Shown here piece by piece: positions 33,715-43,494 of a DNA stretch of 64,000 bases. Below the pieces are notes generated by a model, which saw nothing but the letters and a program-made list of their open reading frames with translations, searched no databases and had not been told where the DNA came from. Position 1 is the stretch's first letter. The number at the start of each line of letters is the position of its first letter. Origin of the DNA: a virus (taxonomy: Duplodnaviria > Heunggongvirae > Uroviricota > Caudoviricetes); IMG/VR virus record IMGVR_UViG_2718217789_000006, one strand, 5' to 3'. The position numbers and the translations under genes are program-made.

Positions 33715-36111
33715 TTAAGAATCAGCCTGACTCGGGATCAGTTTTTGCCAGATAACTGAAACGTATTTTGCCTGGTAACGGGCGTCATCAAGTGCATTAT
33801 GGCGCTCACCTTCGAATGGAATAGCCGTTCTGGCATCGAAGTCTATGGCTTTCCCCAGCTCAACGATTGTGCGCACATCGCGATCGTTGTAGTAACGCCA
33901 CGGGCAGGGGATCCCCTGCCGTTCGTATGAACGGCGCAAAATCGTGTTGTCGAAGTTGGCTCCATTTCCCCAGACCTGAACAAAGAATTCACCGGAGTTT
34001 TCGTCGATAAATTCCCGCAATTGTAACAGTGCATCATCTAACGGGATTTCATCGGTCATAATGGCAGATTGCGCTTCGCGTGATTGCTTAAGCCACCATT
34101 TAATGGTGTCCCGATCAATGACTCCGCCAGCAGTTTCCAGATCGATAGTCTTACTAAATTCCGGTCCCATATCTCCGGTTTGCGGATCGAAAAATATTGC
34201 ACCTATTGAGATGATCGGGGCATCAGGATTTTTTCCCATGGTTTCAAGGTCGATCATTAGATGGTCACACGTCCTGCTGGTGGATGTGATAACGTGATGA
34301 CCGTTCACCTTAATTGAGTGATCTGCCGTCTCGCCAGTTTCATTATCGCTATCGTGATGCTGATTGCCGCCAGTGTTCTCCTTGTGTGGATGTTCAGCGC
34401 CTTCCATTTCCTCCGGATCATCTTCCTGAACTTCAACCAGGTTCTTGTCATCGAATGTTTCCTGGTATGTTGCGTCGCCCATCACCGCGCCACAATCAGG
34501 GCAGTTGCCGCCGCCGGTCTGACCGCAGGTGGTGCAGATCTTTTCCGGTTCCTGTTGCACTACTGGTTCAGGTTGTTTCGTTTCTGGCTGATTCTGGTAC
34601 ACAGAATCGCGGGTCTGGATCCCCTTAATCCATTTCGGATCATTCGGGTCGCTAATCCCTTCAACAAATTCTCCGCGAGAGGCAGCCAGTAATTTGTCTG
34701 CATCGACAGGATTTTGGGGCGGAATGTTTTTCCGGGCTTCATGGAGTTCTGCCCGCAGTTTCTGATATTTCGCATCAACAGAATTTACCTGTGACTGAGC
34801 ATCCAGCGGCTGCGTGTCCTGATGATGTTCAGTTGCATCCGGTTCCACTGTTTCAGCCGTTGCCTGTTCATCTGCCATTGCGCAAGATGGTTGCGGTTTT
34901 TCTTCATCATTTTCTTCTTCTGTTTCCTGCTTAGCAGCCAGTTCGCGGTTAACTTCTTCCAGGATATCTTTTTCCGGTGTATGTCGTGCAGCAGTGAGAG
35001 TTTCCTTGCTGGGGTTCTCGTGATCAGTCTCCGTTAAGTAGGCGTTGATATACCCCTGAAGGCGTCCCGGGTAGTGATAAAACTCAGGGTGAGCGCTCCG
35101 GATAAGTGCAAAAATAGCGGCGCGGGAATAGTCCAGAATACCCGGGGTTGCGCGAAGTGCTGCGGACCATTCTTTGAACGGACTTTCTCTTTTCAGGACG
35201 ATTTCTTTTGCGCGACGATAAACGCTGCCCGGAATTTCATAAATATTAAAATCCATCGGAAGTGTGGCTGCTGCAATCTCCACATCCAGCGTATCGAAGG
35301 TGTGTACTAAATTCGGATTGCGATCGGTTTTGTTCCCGCCACCGGCATTTGCACCGGAAGCCGTACGGGTGATACGCGAAACACGATTTCCTTTCATCCA
35401 CTCTTTTGTCAGCAGACCCCGATCAGTGTAGTCAGCGTCCAGGTATGCCTCGAAAAAAGCAGTTATCAGTCCCAGGTCTGAATTACCGGGATTAGGGAAA
35501 ACTTTGTCAGTGTCGCGTGCCAGTTTATGAAGGTCGCGAATCTCCAGCGGGTCGAGCAGCTTTGTGTTGTGGGAAATGGCCAGGGCAGTAACAGCCGGCA
35601 GTTCTTCCGCCCGTGCTATATGTAATGCCTGAAGTTCTTCCCGTGCAACGTGCGTTACTGGTTTTTCGCTGCCGTGTTGCGCAAGCCAGCGAATGGGCAG
35701 CTCCTGACCAGAAACCGGCAGGAGCATATTCTCCTCAATCTCCGTCATGTCTTCGCCGTTGACGTTGGTATTGTCAGTACTGGCTGGTTTCTCCTGCACG
35801 GAGGGAGAGGGCGCGATAAATACCATTGTAATGCCATCTTCCCCGCCTTTTTCGTATCGGTTGCAGAATTCGGTATCAAACACGCCTTCAGGTGGAAGGT
35901 CATTCACAACGGGTAAATGGACGCGAACGGGTTTTTTAAAGTCGTCTTCATCATAATCGTTGTCATCCATTGCGGTAATGCAGCGGGAGATGGCAACAGA
36001 TAATTTTTTTGCTGTAGTCCAGTAAAAACCACCTTTAATTCCCAGACGTTTTCTGACTTTGTCATTTTTTGCTTCGCAATATAGCGCAAATTCTTCTTTA
36101 TCAGTGCTCAT
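33715..36111 (-). CDS. Large early protein with C-terminal DEDDh-type 3'-5' exonuclease domain
   Basis: 798 aa; C-terminal …MIDLETMG…VWGNGANFD…HNALDDARY… (DnaQ-like motifs); acidic central region; CxxC…CxxC zinc-ribbon-like motif [16 protein letters not shown]. Confidence 0.65.
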   Translation of the reverse strand: MSTDKEEFALYCEAKNDKVRKRLGIKGGFYWTTAKKLSVAISRCITAMDDNDYDEDDFKKPVRVHLPVVNDLPPEGVFDTEFCNRYEKGGEDGITMVFIAPSPSVQEKPASTDNTNVNGEDMTEIEENMLLPVSGQELPIRWLAQHGSEKPVTHVAREELQALHIARAEELPAVTALAISHNTKLLDPLEIRDLHKLARDTDKVFPNPGNSDLGLITAFFEAYLDADYTDRGLLTKEWMKGNRVSRITRTASGANAGGGNKTDRNPNLVHTFDTLDVEIAAATLPMDFNIYEIPGSVYRRAKEIVLKRESPFKEWSAALRATPGILDYSRAAIFALIRSAHPEFYHYPGRLQGYINAYLTETDHENPSKETLTAARHTPEKDILEEVNRELAAKQETEEENDEEKPQPSCAMADEQATAETVEPDATEHHQDTQPLDAQSQVNSVDAKYQKLRAELHEARKNIPPQNPVDADKLLAASRGEFVEGISDPNDPKWIKGIQTRDSVYQNQPETKQPEPVVQQEPEKICTTCGQTGGGNCPDCGAVMGDATYQETFDDKNLVEVQEDDPEEMEGAEHPHKENTGGNQHHDSDNETGETADHSIKVNGHHVITSTSRTCDHLMIDLETMGKNPDAPIISIGAIFFDPQTGDMGPEFSKTIDLETAGGVIDRDTIKWWLKQSREAQSAIMTDEIPLDDALLQLREFIDENSGEFFVQVWGNGANFDNTILRRSYERQGIPCPWRYYNDRDVRTIVELGKAIDFDARTAIPFEGERHNALDDARYQAKYVSVIWQKLIPSQADS

Positions 36112-36227
36112 TGATAAACCTCATTACAGATTTAAGGGTGAACAAATCCCTGCCATTGCTGGCATTTTTAATCCGTTGGTATGGTGTTAATATGGCTGGA
36201 GGGTTATCCAGCCGGTGTTTCGTTATT

Positions 36228-36394
36228 CAGGTACAGCGATACTTTTTTTTTACCGGGAGGCATTCACCAGAAATTTTTTGCTCGTCTCTTGCCTGGAGGC
36301 AGGATTCTTTACTGGCATAAATTCCGGTAATCACATTCTGTGATTCACCCGTTATAAGAAAAACCGTCATCATCAGTGCAAATGCTGAAGTCAT
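36228..36394 (-). CDS. Small membrane protein, YdfD-like position (about 55 aa)
   Basis: ATG overlaps the dicB-like stop (ATGA); hydrophobic N-terminus MTSAFALMMTVFLITG…; below ORF-track cut-off. Confidence 0.3.
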
Positions 36395-36579
36395 TGACGT
36401 TCTCCGAAAATACCAAGTTCAAGAAGAGCAATTCGGGAAAGTATGGAATTATCATTGAGCAGATAAGGCTCATATTTCCTCATATTAATGGCATCTTCAG
36501 TAAACTCCCGGTTACTGAGCAGAACACCAATATCAAAACAACCTTCAGACGTATTAACGTTTGGTAATAACGTTTCCAT
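36391..36579 (-). CDS. dicB: Cell-division inhibitor DicB homolog
   Basis: 62 aa, METLLPNVNTSEGCFDIGV…FTEDAIN… closely resembles K-12 DicB. Confidence 0.8.
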   Translation of the reverse strand: METLLPNVNTSEGCFDIGVLLSNREFTEDAINMRKYEPYLLNDNSILSRIALLELGIFGERQ

Positions 36580-36756
36580 TATCGCGTCCTCAACAATGAA
36601 TTTTGTGATGCAGTGCCTGGTGCCTCCAGGTGACGTTAACCAGTTAACAATTAACGCCGGATTAGTTGATGCTCGTTACGCCCGTAAAATACCGCCTTAC
36701 TGCTTTAACTGTTCCGCGTGCGCATAGCCGCATTCACCGCATCACAAAATTCACTT

Positions 36757-36796
36757 TAAAAAGGGCGGATATCCGTTTCCGCCGAATCACCAGAAA
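36757..36796 (-). ncRNA. dicF: DicF-like small RNA candidate upstream of dicB
   Basis: Minus-strand sequence TTTCTGGTGATTC-GGCGGAAACGGATATCCGCC-CTTTTT: DicF-like 5' end plus terminator hairpin and U-run, about 180 nt upstream of dicB. Confidence 0.4.
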
Positions 36797-37098
36797 AGTG
36801 ATAACAGAGGGCGTTGCAGCGGGGTTGTCACTTAAGCGTATGGTCAACCTGACAACCCGGTGTCCTCAGCGGGGAAGGAATAACCCCGCCATACTTACCG
36901 CCGCGCCATTTCGCGGATTGCCACAACCGGAAGCGCACGGTCGAATTAAATTTAACGACTACCTACAGAGAGACGAACTTCGCCGTGCGCTTTCGCGTTA
37001 TGCCCTGACTTTTCAGGGATATATCCTTTTCAGTAAACTGTCAGTGCCGGATTCTTATCCGTGTCCGGCGCACGCACTCTACCTCACCTGTGAATAAA

Positions 37099-37473
37099 TT
37101 AATGATTAATTGATATTTTGTTGTTTGATTCAACTTTCCCATCGGATGTGTGATGCTTTAAATCACAGGAATTAATACTGCTTGCTGTAAAATGATTTTC
37201 AAGGGGAGCTATTCGAATCCCTTTCTTTTTCATTAACAAGCCAAATCCTTTATTAATGATGTTCATTAATTCCAGGAAGTATTTTTCATGTAAATTCTGG
37301 TTATCAGAGAGCTGCTTCTCTTCGCACAGACCGATAAAGGCACGACGCACGTTACCGGATATAGTATCGATGGTTTCTTTTTCTACGGTACTCAGGTCAA
37401 GAGTCGCCAGTTGGGAACGAACTATATTCGCTGCCATTTCCTGGAATTGCATTGGTAAATCTTTAAATTCCAT
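37099..37473 (-). CDS. Hypothetical early-left operon protein (124 aa)
   Basis: ORF co-oriented with neighbours in the early-left operon. Confidence 0.45.
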   Translation of the reverse strand: MEFKDLPMQFQEMAANIVRSQLATLDLSTVEKETIDTISGNVRRAFIGLCEEKQLSDNQNLHEKYFLELMNIINKGFGLLMKKKGIRIAPLENHFTASSINSCDLKHHTSDGKVESNNKISINH

Positions 37474-37495
37474 TATTAGCCTCGTTGGTTAGCTA

Positions 37496-37714
37496 TTAAC
37501 GCGGGTATGTAATCATTCTGGCAATGCTTAATGCCGCTGCTTTTTCCAGATTAGTGATATCCTGCTCCAGAGCGGACAGATTTTCAGCCTGCTTAGCCCT
37601 GGCTTCATTGGCCCATTTCAGATCCTGCGCTGCATTAATTTTCTGGTGCATCCACTCATAAAGTTCATCATCGGTATAGTCTGGCGCGATGATGACGGGT
37701 TCTCGTTTCTGCAT
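37496..37714 (-). CDS. Hypothetical early-left operon protein (72 aa)
   Basis: ORF co-oriented with neighbours in the early-left operon. Confidence 0.4.
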   Translation of the reverse strand: MQKREPVIIAPDYTDDELYEWMHQKINAAQDLKWANEARAKQAENLSALEQDITNLEKAAALSIARMITYPR

Positions 37715-37743
37715 ACTGATTCCTCGCGGTGCTGTTTCGCTTA

Positions 37744-37872
37744 TCAGCCGTTAGATTTTGCCGAACTGGAAAGCGCCTGTTTAAATTCGTTGAAGCTGAG
37801 AGCTTCTTCGCCTTCGGCAAGACCTTCGAAGTATTCTTCGTAAGCCTTTTCCATGATTGTGTCGAAATCCAT
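37744..37872 (-). CDS. YdfA-like small protein (42 aa)
   Basis: Minus-strand translation MDFDTIMEKAYEEYFEGLAEGEEALSFNEFKQALSSSAKSNG; start 1 nt downstream of the preceding gene's stop; below ORF-track cut-off. Confidence 0.4.
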   Translation of the reverse strand: MDFDTIMEKAYEEYFEGLAEGEEALSFNEFKQALSSSAKSNG

Positions 37873-37873
37873 A

Positions 37874-38110
37874 TCACTCACCTGAGTTTCTTTCCAGCCA
37901 GCGACGGGCACCATTTTCGGTTTTAAACGTTTTGCTTTTGGTATACGTCATCGCGGTGAACGTACCGTCCTGGTTGGGGAACACGCCACATACCAGAGAT
38001 TCGCTGTTGCCAAGATCGATAGTATCCATGCTGACCTCATTTCCCCTTAACGCCGGGGTAGCGGAACAAAAACCTGCTGCATAGTTATTAAAGTTGAACC
38101 CTGCCGTCAT
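37874..38110 (-). CDS. Hypothetical early-left operon protein (78 aa), first gene after the left operator region
   Basis: ORF immediately downstream of the OL-like operators. Confidence 0.45.
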   Translation of the reverse strand: MTAGFNFNNYAAGFCSATPALRGNEVSMDTIDLGNSESLVCGVFPNQDGTFTAMTYTKSKTFKTENGARRWLERNSGE

Positions 38111-38215
38111 GTTCTTACGCCTCGGGCTGGCTACTTAACCCCTGACCACTGCCTGGTAACTCGAAGTATTGCCCTGCATTCTGTGGGGCGGGGTGGGTTG
38201 GTATGAAAAGAAGGA

Positions 38216-38252
38216 TACCCATAGGTATTTAAAAAGTAAATACCCATGGGTA
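38216..38252. promoter_or_regulatory. OL-like operator pair (TACCCATAGGTA and TACCCATGGGTA) overlapping a leftward promoter
   Basis: Two 12-bp TACC-N4-GGTA sites 13 bp apart at 38216..38227 and 38241..38252; minus-strand TTTACC-17 nt-TAAATA promoter-like elements overlap them. Confidence 0.5.
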
Positions 38253-38294
38253 AATTTTTGCGGTGTCTTAACTGGTGACTAGTTGTTTGGTGAG

Positions 38295-38714
38295 CTATGA
38301 TGCGTTTTGTGCTTTCTTTTTACGGATTTCTTCGTAGATCATATTGTAATACTGTTTTTTCTCTTCAAGAGTTTTTAATAATTTATCCGCTTCACTTTCT
38401 GGCAGTTCGTCTAAGAGATCTAAAAAAATACGTTGTCGTGGCGTTAGAACCCTTGTTTCATAACTGGAGGCTGTGTTCGTTGATGATGAAACGATACCAT
38501 CCATCCATCCCCGGGGTAACCCAAAGGACTCTTCGATAATCTCCACCATATCATCAGCGATCCGTTTTTTTCCCTTTTTCCCCTCTGGGTACAACATTCT
38601 TGATACATAAGAAGGCTCGCGCCCGATCTTTCTGGCCACGTTAACCGCTTTACCATCGCATTTCTCATCACGAATTTTGATGAGTTGCTGTCGTCTAAAT
38701 TCATATTTGTCCAT
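38295..38714 (-). CDS. Immunity repressor, DicA/RacR-like, lacking a C-terminal peptidase domain
   Basis: 139 aa; HTH …NVARKIGREPSYVSRML…; C-terminal …LTPRQRIFLDLLDELPESEADKLL… resembles the DicA C-terminus; divergent to the cro-like gene. Confidence 0.6.
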   Translation of the reverse strand: MDKYEFRRQQLIKIRDEKCDGKAVNVARKIGREPSYVSRMLYPEGKKGKKRIADDMVEIIEESFGLPRGWMDGIVSSSTNTASSYETRVLTPRQRIFLDLLDELPESEADKLLKTLEEKKQYYNMIYEEIRKKKAQNAS

Positions 38715-38734
38715 AGGTAAATAATAGATGCGAT

Positions 38735-38785
38735 TACCGCAAGGTAAACAACCTGTGGGTATTGGCTTTTGTTTACCTGTGGGTA
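38735..38785. promoter_or_regulatory. OR-like operator cluster between repressor and cro-like genes
   Basis: Three TACC-N4-GGTA-type sites (TACCGCAAGGTA 38735..38746, AACCTGTGGGTA 38750..38761, TACCTGTGGGTA 38774..38785) in the 100-bp divergent intergenic region. Confidence 0.5.
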
Positions 38786-38814
38786 TTCTTTGCTGTGTTT
38801 ACTAAGGAGTAGCT

Positions 38815-39096
38815 ATGGAAGAATTAAGAATATTTCTCAATTCTCTTTCGTCAGATGAACAGCGTATGTTTGCATGCGAGTGTGGTACCAGCATCGGTTA
38901 TCTAAGAAAGGCATTGAGTAAAGGTCAAGTGTTAGGGGCATCGTTATGTGTCCTTATTGAGCGAGCCAGTAATGGTGAAGTTACACGTCAGCAACTAAGG
39001 CCTTTTGATTGGATGAATATTTGGCCCGAGCTGGAAGATACCAAAACGTTAACACAACCACTTTCTAGGAGCTTGATTCATGAAAATCAAGCATGA
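38815..39096 (+). CDS. Cro-like regulator (YdaS/DicC family)
   Basis: 93 aa; …ASNGEVTRQQLRPFDW… resembles YdaS-type proteins; AAGGAG RBS. Confidence 0.55.
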   Translation: MEELRIFLNSLSSDEQRMFACECGTSIGYLRKALSKGQVLGASLCVLIERASNGEVTRQQLRPFDWMNIWPELEDTKTLTQPLSRSLIHENQA

Positions 39097-39505
39097 ACAC
39101 ATCCGCATGGCGATGAATGCCTGGGCGCGTCCTGATGGCGAAAAAGTTCCAGCAGCTGGAATAACCCAGGCTTATTTTGAGTTGGGTATGACGTTCCCAG
39201 AACTGTATGACGACAGCCATCCGGAAGCCCTGGCTCGCAATACCCAGAAAATTTTCCGCTGGGTAGAGAAAGACACCCCTGATGCTGTTGAAAAAATGCA
39301 GGCTCTGTTACCGGCGATCGAAAAGGCGATGCCGCCTTTGCTGGTGGCCCGTATGCGCAGCCACAGTTCTGAATATTACCGTGAGATCGTCGAACGGAGG
39401 GATCGGCTGGTGAAGGATGTCGATGATTTTGTTGCGTCAGCGGTTGTTTTGTATGACCAGATGAATCGCGGCGGCCCGGCAGGGAATGCTGTGGTGATGC
39501 ACTAA
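39080..39505 (+). CDS. YdaT-like (CII-analog) protein
   Basis: 141-aa ORF overlapping the cro-like 3' end, in the position of Rac ydaT. Confidence 0.45.
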   Translation: MKIKHEHIRMAMNAWARPDGEKVPAAGITQAYFELGMTFPELYDDSHPEALARNTQKIFRWVEKDTPDAVEKMQALLPAIEKAMPPLLVARMRSHSSEYYREIVERRDRLVKDVDDFVASAVVLYDQMNRGGPAGNAVVMH

Positions 39506-39527
39506 AAGCACGGTGTTCGGGGGTTTT

Positions 39528-40490
39528 ATGAGCAGCAAGCTTCATGGTCTTGTCTGGGAAGGGTGCGCCTTCACCGGCATGATCTTATCCAGGGTGGCGG
39601 TTATGGCCCGTCTTGCAGACTACAGCAATGACGAGGGCGTGTCATGGCCTGCCATTGAAACTATCCGGCGTCAGATCGGTGCAAGAAGTGAATCCACAGT
39701 GAAATCGGCTATTGCAGAACTGGCGAAAGAGGGCTGGCTGACGAAGGAAGAGCGTAAGGTCGGTGGGCGTAATGTAAGCAATATCTATCGGCTTAATGTG
39801 GAAAAACTCGAAGCAGCTGCGGCGGCGGCGCGTGAGTCATATAAACCGAAAAGAAAAATTAGCCCGGCAAAAAATGACCCGTTAACAGTTGACCCGTCAA
39901 ATATTGACCCCTCAACGGTTGACCCGTCAAATTTTGATGGATCAACTGTTGATAACAAACTGCCGATTAGGGGGGCGATGATTGACCCCGATCCGTCAGT
40001 ATTAAAACCTGATCCGTCAGATAAAAGATCTTCTTGTCCGGACGCTTCGCAACCGGACCCGCAGACGGCTGAACAGGATTTTTTAACCCGACACCCTGAC
40101 GCGGTTGTGTTCAGTGCGAAAAAACGCCAGTGGGGAAGTCAGGAAGATTTGGTGTGCGCACAGTGGATCTGGGGACGAATCGTGAGTCTTTACGAGCAGG
40201 CGGCCAGCTATGATGGCGAGATCACTAGACCGAAAGAACCCAACTGGACAGCATGGGCCAATGACGTTCGCACAATGCGGATGCTGGATGGCAGAACTCA
40301 CAGACAAATTTGTGAAATGTTTGGGCGTCTCCAGCGGGATTCGTTCTGGGTAAAAAACATCATGAGTCCGGCAAAACTCCGGGAAAAATGGGATGAACTG
40401 GTTATCCGCCTGGGGCGTTCGCCTGCGCAGCGTTGCGTGAATCACATTTCTGAACCGGACACTGAAATACCGCCGGGATTCAGGGGGTGA
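39528..40490 (+). CDS. Replication initiator (lambda O-like function)
   Basis: N-terminal winged-helix-like region; direct DNA repeats (iterons) inside the gene; followed by a DnaC-like loader. Confidence 0.65.
   Translation: MSSKLHGLVWEGCAFTGMILSRVAVMARLADYSNDEGVSWPAIETIRRQIGARSESTVKSAIAELAKEGWLTKEERKVGGRNVSNIYRLNVEKLEAAAAAARESYKPKRKISPAKNDPLTVDPSNIDPSTVDPSNFDGSTVDNKLPIRGAMIDPDPSVLKPDPSDKRSSCPDASQPDPQTAEQDFLTRHPDAVVFSAKKRQWGSQEDLVCAQWIWGRIVSLYEQAASYDGEITRPKEPNWTAWANDVRTMRMLDGRTHRQICEMFGRLQRDSFWVKNIMSPAKLREKWDELVIRLGRSPAQRCVNHISEPDTEIPPGFRG
39875..39945. repeat. Origin-like iteron array inside the initiator gene
   Basis: Four to five 12-mers of the form TTGACCCGTCAA / TTGACCCCTCAA at about 15-bp spacing, encoding DP(L/S)TVDPSN peptide repeats. 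Confidence 0.6.
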
Positions 40491-40496
40491 CGTGTC

Positions 40497-41243
40497 ATGA
40501 AAAACATTGCGGCAGTTGGGGTTCTTGAACGTATTCGCAGACTTGCACCACAGGGGCCGGTTCCACCGTACCGGACGGTGGAGGAGTGGCGGGAATGGCA
40601 ACTTGCTGAAGGACGAAAACGCAGCGAGGAGATTAACCGCCAGAATCGCCAGTTGCGGGTGGAAAAAATCCTGAATCGTTCGGGCATCCAGCCTCTGCAC
40701 AGCAAATGCTCGTTTGCAAATTATCAGGTGCAGAACGACGGGCAAAAATACGCGCTGAGCCAGGCCAAATCCATAGCTGACGAACTGATGACCGGGTGCA
40801 CGAATTTTGTGTTCAGCGGTAAAACCGGCACCGGGAAAAATCACCTTGCAGCGGCGATGGGCAACCGGCTGATGGTGAAGGGGCGCAGCGTGATTATCGT
40901 CACCGTGTCTGACGTCATGAGCGTGTTGCATGACAGCTACGACAACGGCAAATCCGGGGAAAAATTTTTACAGGAGCTTTGCGGGGTTGATTTGCTGGTC
41001 CTGGATGAAATAGGCGTTCAGCGGGAGACGAAAAACGAGCAGGTGGTATTGCACCAGATAATTGATCGCCGGACAGCATCACTGTGCAGTGTCGGGATGT
41101 TAACAAACCTGAATCATGCCGCAATGAGTACGCTTCTTGGTGAGAGGATTATGGACCGCATGACCATGAACGGTGGTCGATGGGTGACGTTTAACTGGGA
41201 TAGCTGGCGTCCAAATGTCAGCAATATGAGGGTTGTGAAGTAA
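40497..41243 (+). CDS. DnaC-like helicase loader (AAA+ ATPase)
   Basis: Walker A GKTGTGKNHLA, Walker B LLVLDEIG. Confidence 0.8.
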   Translation: MKNIAAVGVLERIRRLAPQGPVPPYRTVEEWREWQLAEGRKRSEEINRQNRQLRVEKILNRSGIQPLHSKCSFANYQVQNDGQKYALSQAKSIADELMTGCTNFVFSGKTGTGKNHLAAAMGNRLMVKGRSVIIVTVSDVMSVLHDSYDNGKSGEKFLQELCGVDLLVLDEIGVQRETKNEQVVLHQIIDRRTASLCSVGMLTNLNHAAMSTLLGERIMDRMTMNGGRWVTFNWDSWRPNVSNMRVVK

Positions 41244-41264
41244 TTTTGTCCGGAGGAAATTTTA

Positions 41265-42035
41265 ATGGAAACCGTATCTGACGCACTGAAAGCACTGAAA
41301 AAAGCCTCTTCACATGTGGTGGCAGCTCGCCTTGGAATCAGTCGTGAAGAGGCTGTCAACGAGCTGTGGGAACTCAAAAGAAAAGGCGTCGTTGATAAAA
41401 CTGGTCACACCTGGTTTCTGGCTGGCGAAGGTGAATCCCGGGTAACCGAAGAGCGGCCAGTAAAATCTGAAGCACAGGATATGCTGACCGGGGAGGTCGA
41501 ACAAAAAGTTACCGCAGACATGATGATTGAGTTTATCGGTCAGGATGGGGCTAAAACGTGTGAGGAACTGGCGGGTAAGTTCGGTGTCAGTACTCGCAAG
41601 GTTGCTTCCACGCTGGCGGTGGTAACCGCAACGGGGCGGCTGGCACGCGTTAATCAGAACGGTAAATTTCGTTACTGCATGCCGGGCGATAATTTACCAG
41701 CAGAGCCGAAAGCCGCGCTGGTAACGGAAAGTGATGGTAAGGCCTTTCCTCAGCCAGCAGGTGCTGCGTTACCAGTCCGGGAAGCCGCAACACAGGAAGA
41801 AATTAAAACAGAAACTGTGGCGGACATTGTGCAGCCGTTGCCATCGTTTACCGAAACGCAAGCAGATGAGCTGATTTTTCCGTCCCTTCGCAGGGCAAAC
41901 CTGGCGCTGCGCAGGGCGAAAAGTGATGTTCAGAAGTGGGAGCGAGTCTGCGCCGCGCTGCGGGAGCTGAACAAGCACCGGGATATTGTTCGACAGATTA
42001 CTGATTCTTCCCGCCGTGTTGTATCGGAAAAGTGA
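41265..42035 (+). CDS. Hypothetical nin-region protein (256 aa)
   Basis: ORF with AGGA RBS; two N-terminal HTH-like segments by eye. Confidence 0.5.
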   Translation: METVSDALKALKKASSHVVAARLGISREEAVNELWELKRKGVVDKTGHTWFLAGEGESRVTEERPVKSEAQDMLTGEVEQKVTADMMIEFIGQDGAKTCEELAGKFGVSTRKVASTLAVVTATGRLARVNQNGKFRYCMPGDNLPAEPKAALVTESDGKAFPQPAGAALPVREAATQEEIKTETVADIVQPLPSFTETQADELIFPSLRRANLALRRAKSDVQKWERVCAALRELNKHRDIVRQITDSSRRVVSEK

Positions 42036-42476
42036 TTGCCGGAGGCGCTTATGGCAAAAGCATTTACACAAGAAGAGCGGGAAAAAATTAAAGGGCAGGT
42101 TGTTGAACTTGTACGTCTGAGCGGTCGCGAGACGTTGCGGCAACTGGAAGCCAAGACAGGTGCGACAAGATATCTGATGAGTGTTCTCGCCAGAGAGCTG
42201 GTTGCCAGTGGCGATGTATACAACTCTGGTTACGGGTTATTCCCGTCTGAACAGGCGCGTAAGGACTGGCAAAATGCTCGCAAAAAACTCTCAAGGGCAA
42301 AGGTGAAGAAACCTGCAGTGGTTGATCCGGACCTTATCTGGTCGTTACCAGACGGCGAAATACGCCGCTACGACAGGCGCCTGAATATAATCTGTCGCGA
42401 GTGCCGGAAGAGCGAAGCTATGCAGCGTGTACTGGCATTTTATCAAGGAAATGTTAGGTATTTTAGACGTTACTAG
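42036..42476 (+). CDS. Hypothetical nin-region protein (146 aa)
   Basis: ORF directly abutting the previous gene. Confidence 0.45.
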   Translation: MPEALMAKAFTQEEREKIKGQVVELVRLSGRETLRQLEAKTGATRYLMSVLARELVASGDVYNSGYGLFPSEQARKDWQNARKKLSRAKVKKPAVVDPDLIWSLPDGEIRRYDRRLNIICRECRKSEAMQRVLAFYQGNVRYFRRY

Positions 42477-42629
42477 ATTAAAGAGCATTAGTTCAGATGT
42501 GAATTGACATTTTCATGGCGCAGGGTAGAGCCAGCGCGGTTGTCCGCTTTGCGTCAAAACCAGATATTACCAGATTTAGACATATATTCCCGATAGCCCT
42601 GCTCTGATGCTACACTCTGTGCTATTTTC

Positions 42630-43316
42630 ATGACCCCAATAAAAATATTTATGACTATTGCTGATTTCAAACGGCCTAAATTGGAGCTCCCAAACGGGGC
42701 AAACAAACTACTACTGCACTCTTGCTGTGCTCCATGTTCCGGTGAAGTGATGGAGGCGCTTCAGGCCTCGGGAATCGACTACACCATCTTTTTCTACAAC
42801 CCGAACATTCATCCTCAGAAAGAGTATTTAATTCGTAAGGATGAAAATATTCGCTTTGCTGAACAACACGGCGTGCCGTTTATCGATGCTGATTACGACA
42901 CCGACAACTGGTTTGAACGTGCCAAAGGAATGGAATGGGAGCCTGAGAGGGGGATCCGTTGTACCATGTGTTTTGACATGCGTTTTGAGCGGACAGCGTT
43001 GTACGCTGCTGAAAATGGTTTCAGTGTGATCAGCAGTTCACTGGGCATTTCACGCTGGAAAAATATGCAGCAGGTTAACGAGTGTGGGCGGCGAGCTGTT
43101 GCGCATTATCCGGGTATGGTGTACTGGGATTATAACTGGCGCAAGCAGGGCGGCTCGTCCCGTATGATTGAAATCAGCAAGCGCGAAAAATTCTATCAGC
43201 AGGAATATTGTGGCTGTGTGTATTCTCTGCGCGATACCAATCTACACCGCAAATCTCAGGGACGCCCTCTTATCAAAATTGGCCAACTCCACTACGGAAA
43301 AGAAGAGAAGGAGTGA
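42630..43316 (+). CDS. QueH-like (DUF208) epoxyqueuosine-reductase family protein
   Basis: …[14 protein letters not shown]… and downstream Cys motifs ([16 protein letters not shown]) match the remembered DUF208/QueH signature. Confidence 0.6.
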   Translation: MTPIKIFMTIADFKRPKLELPNGANKLLLHSCCAPCSGEVMEALQASGIDYTIFFYNPNIHPQKEYLIRKDENIRFAEQHGVPFIDADYDTDNWFERAKGMEWEPERGIRCTMCFDMRFERTALYAAENGFSVISSSLGISRWKNMQQVNECGRRAVAHYPGMVYWDYNWRKQGGSSRMIEISKREKFYQQEYCGCVYSLRDTNLHRKSQGRPLIKIGQLHYGKEEKE

Positions 43317-43494
43317 TTTTATGGATCACCTTTCTGATTGATTTCATATTGGCGAGGTGACGTGAGTTAAGTAGAATTGCTGCGGGTGCCTGAGGCTGTC
43401 TGCCTCAGGCATGAACACCAAAAGGCAGATAGAGAAAGCCCCAGTTAACATTACGCGTCCTGTAAGACGCTCAACATTAATCTGAGGCATATGG

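Noticed and set aside
36666-37097. 143-aa plus-strand ORF in the early-left region
   Set aside because: It is antisense to the minus-strand operon, overlaps the DicF-like element, and has no RBS.
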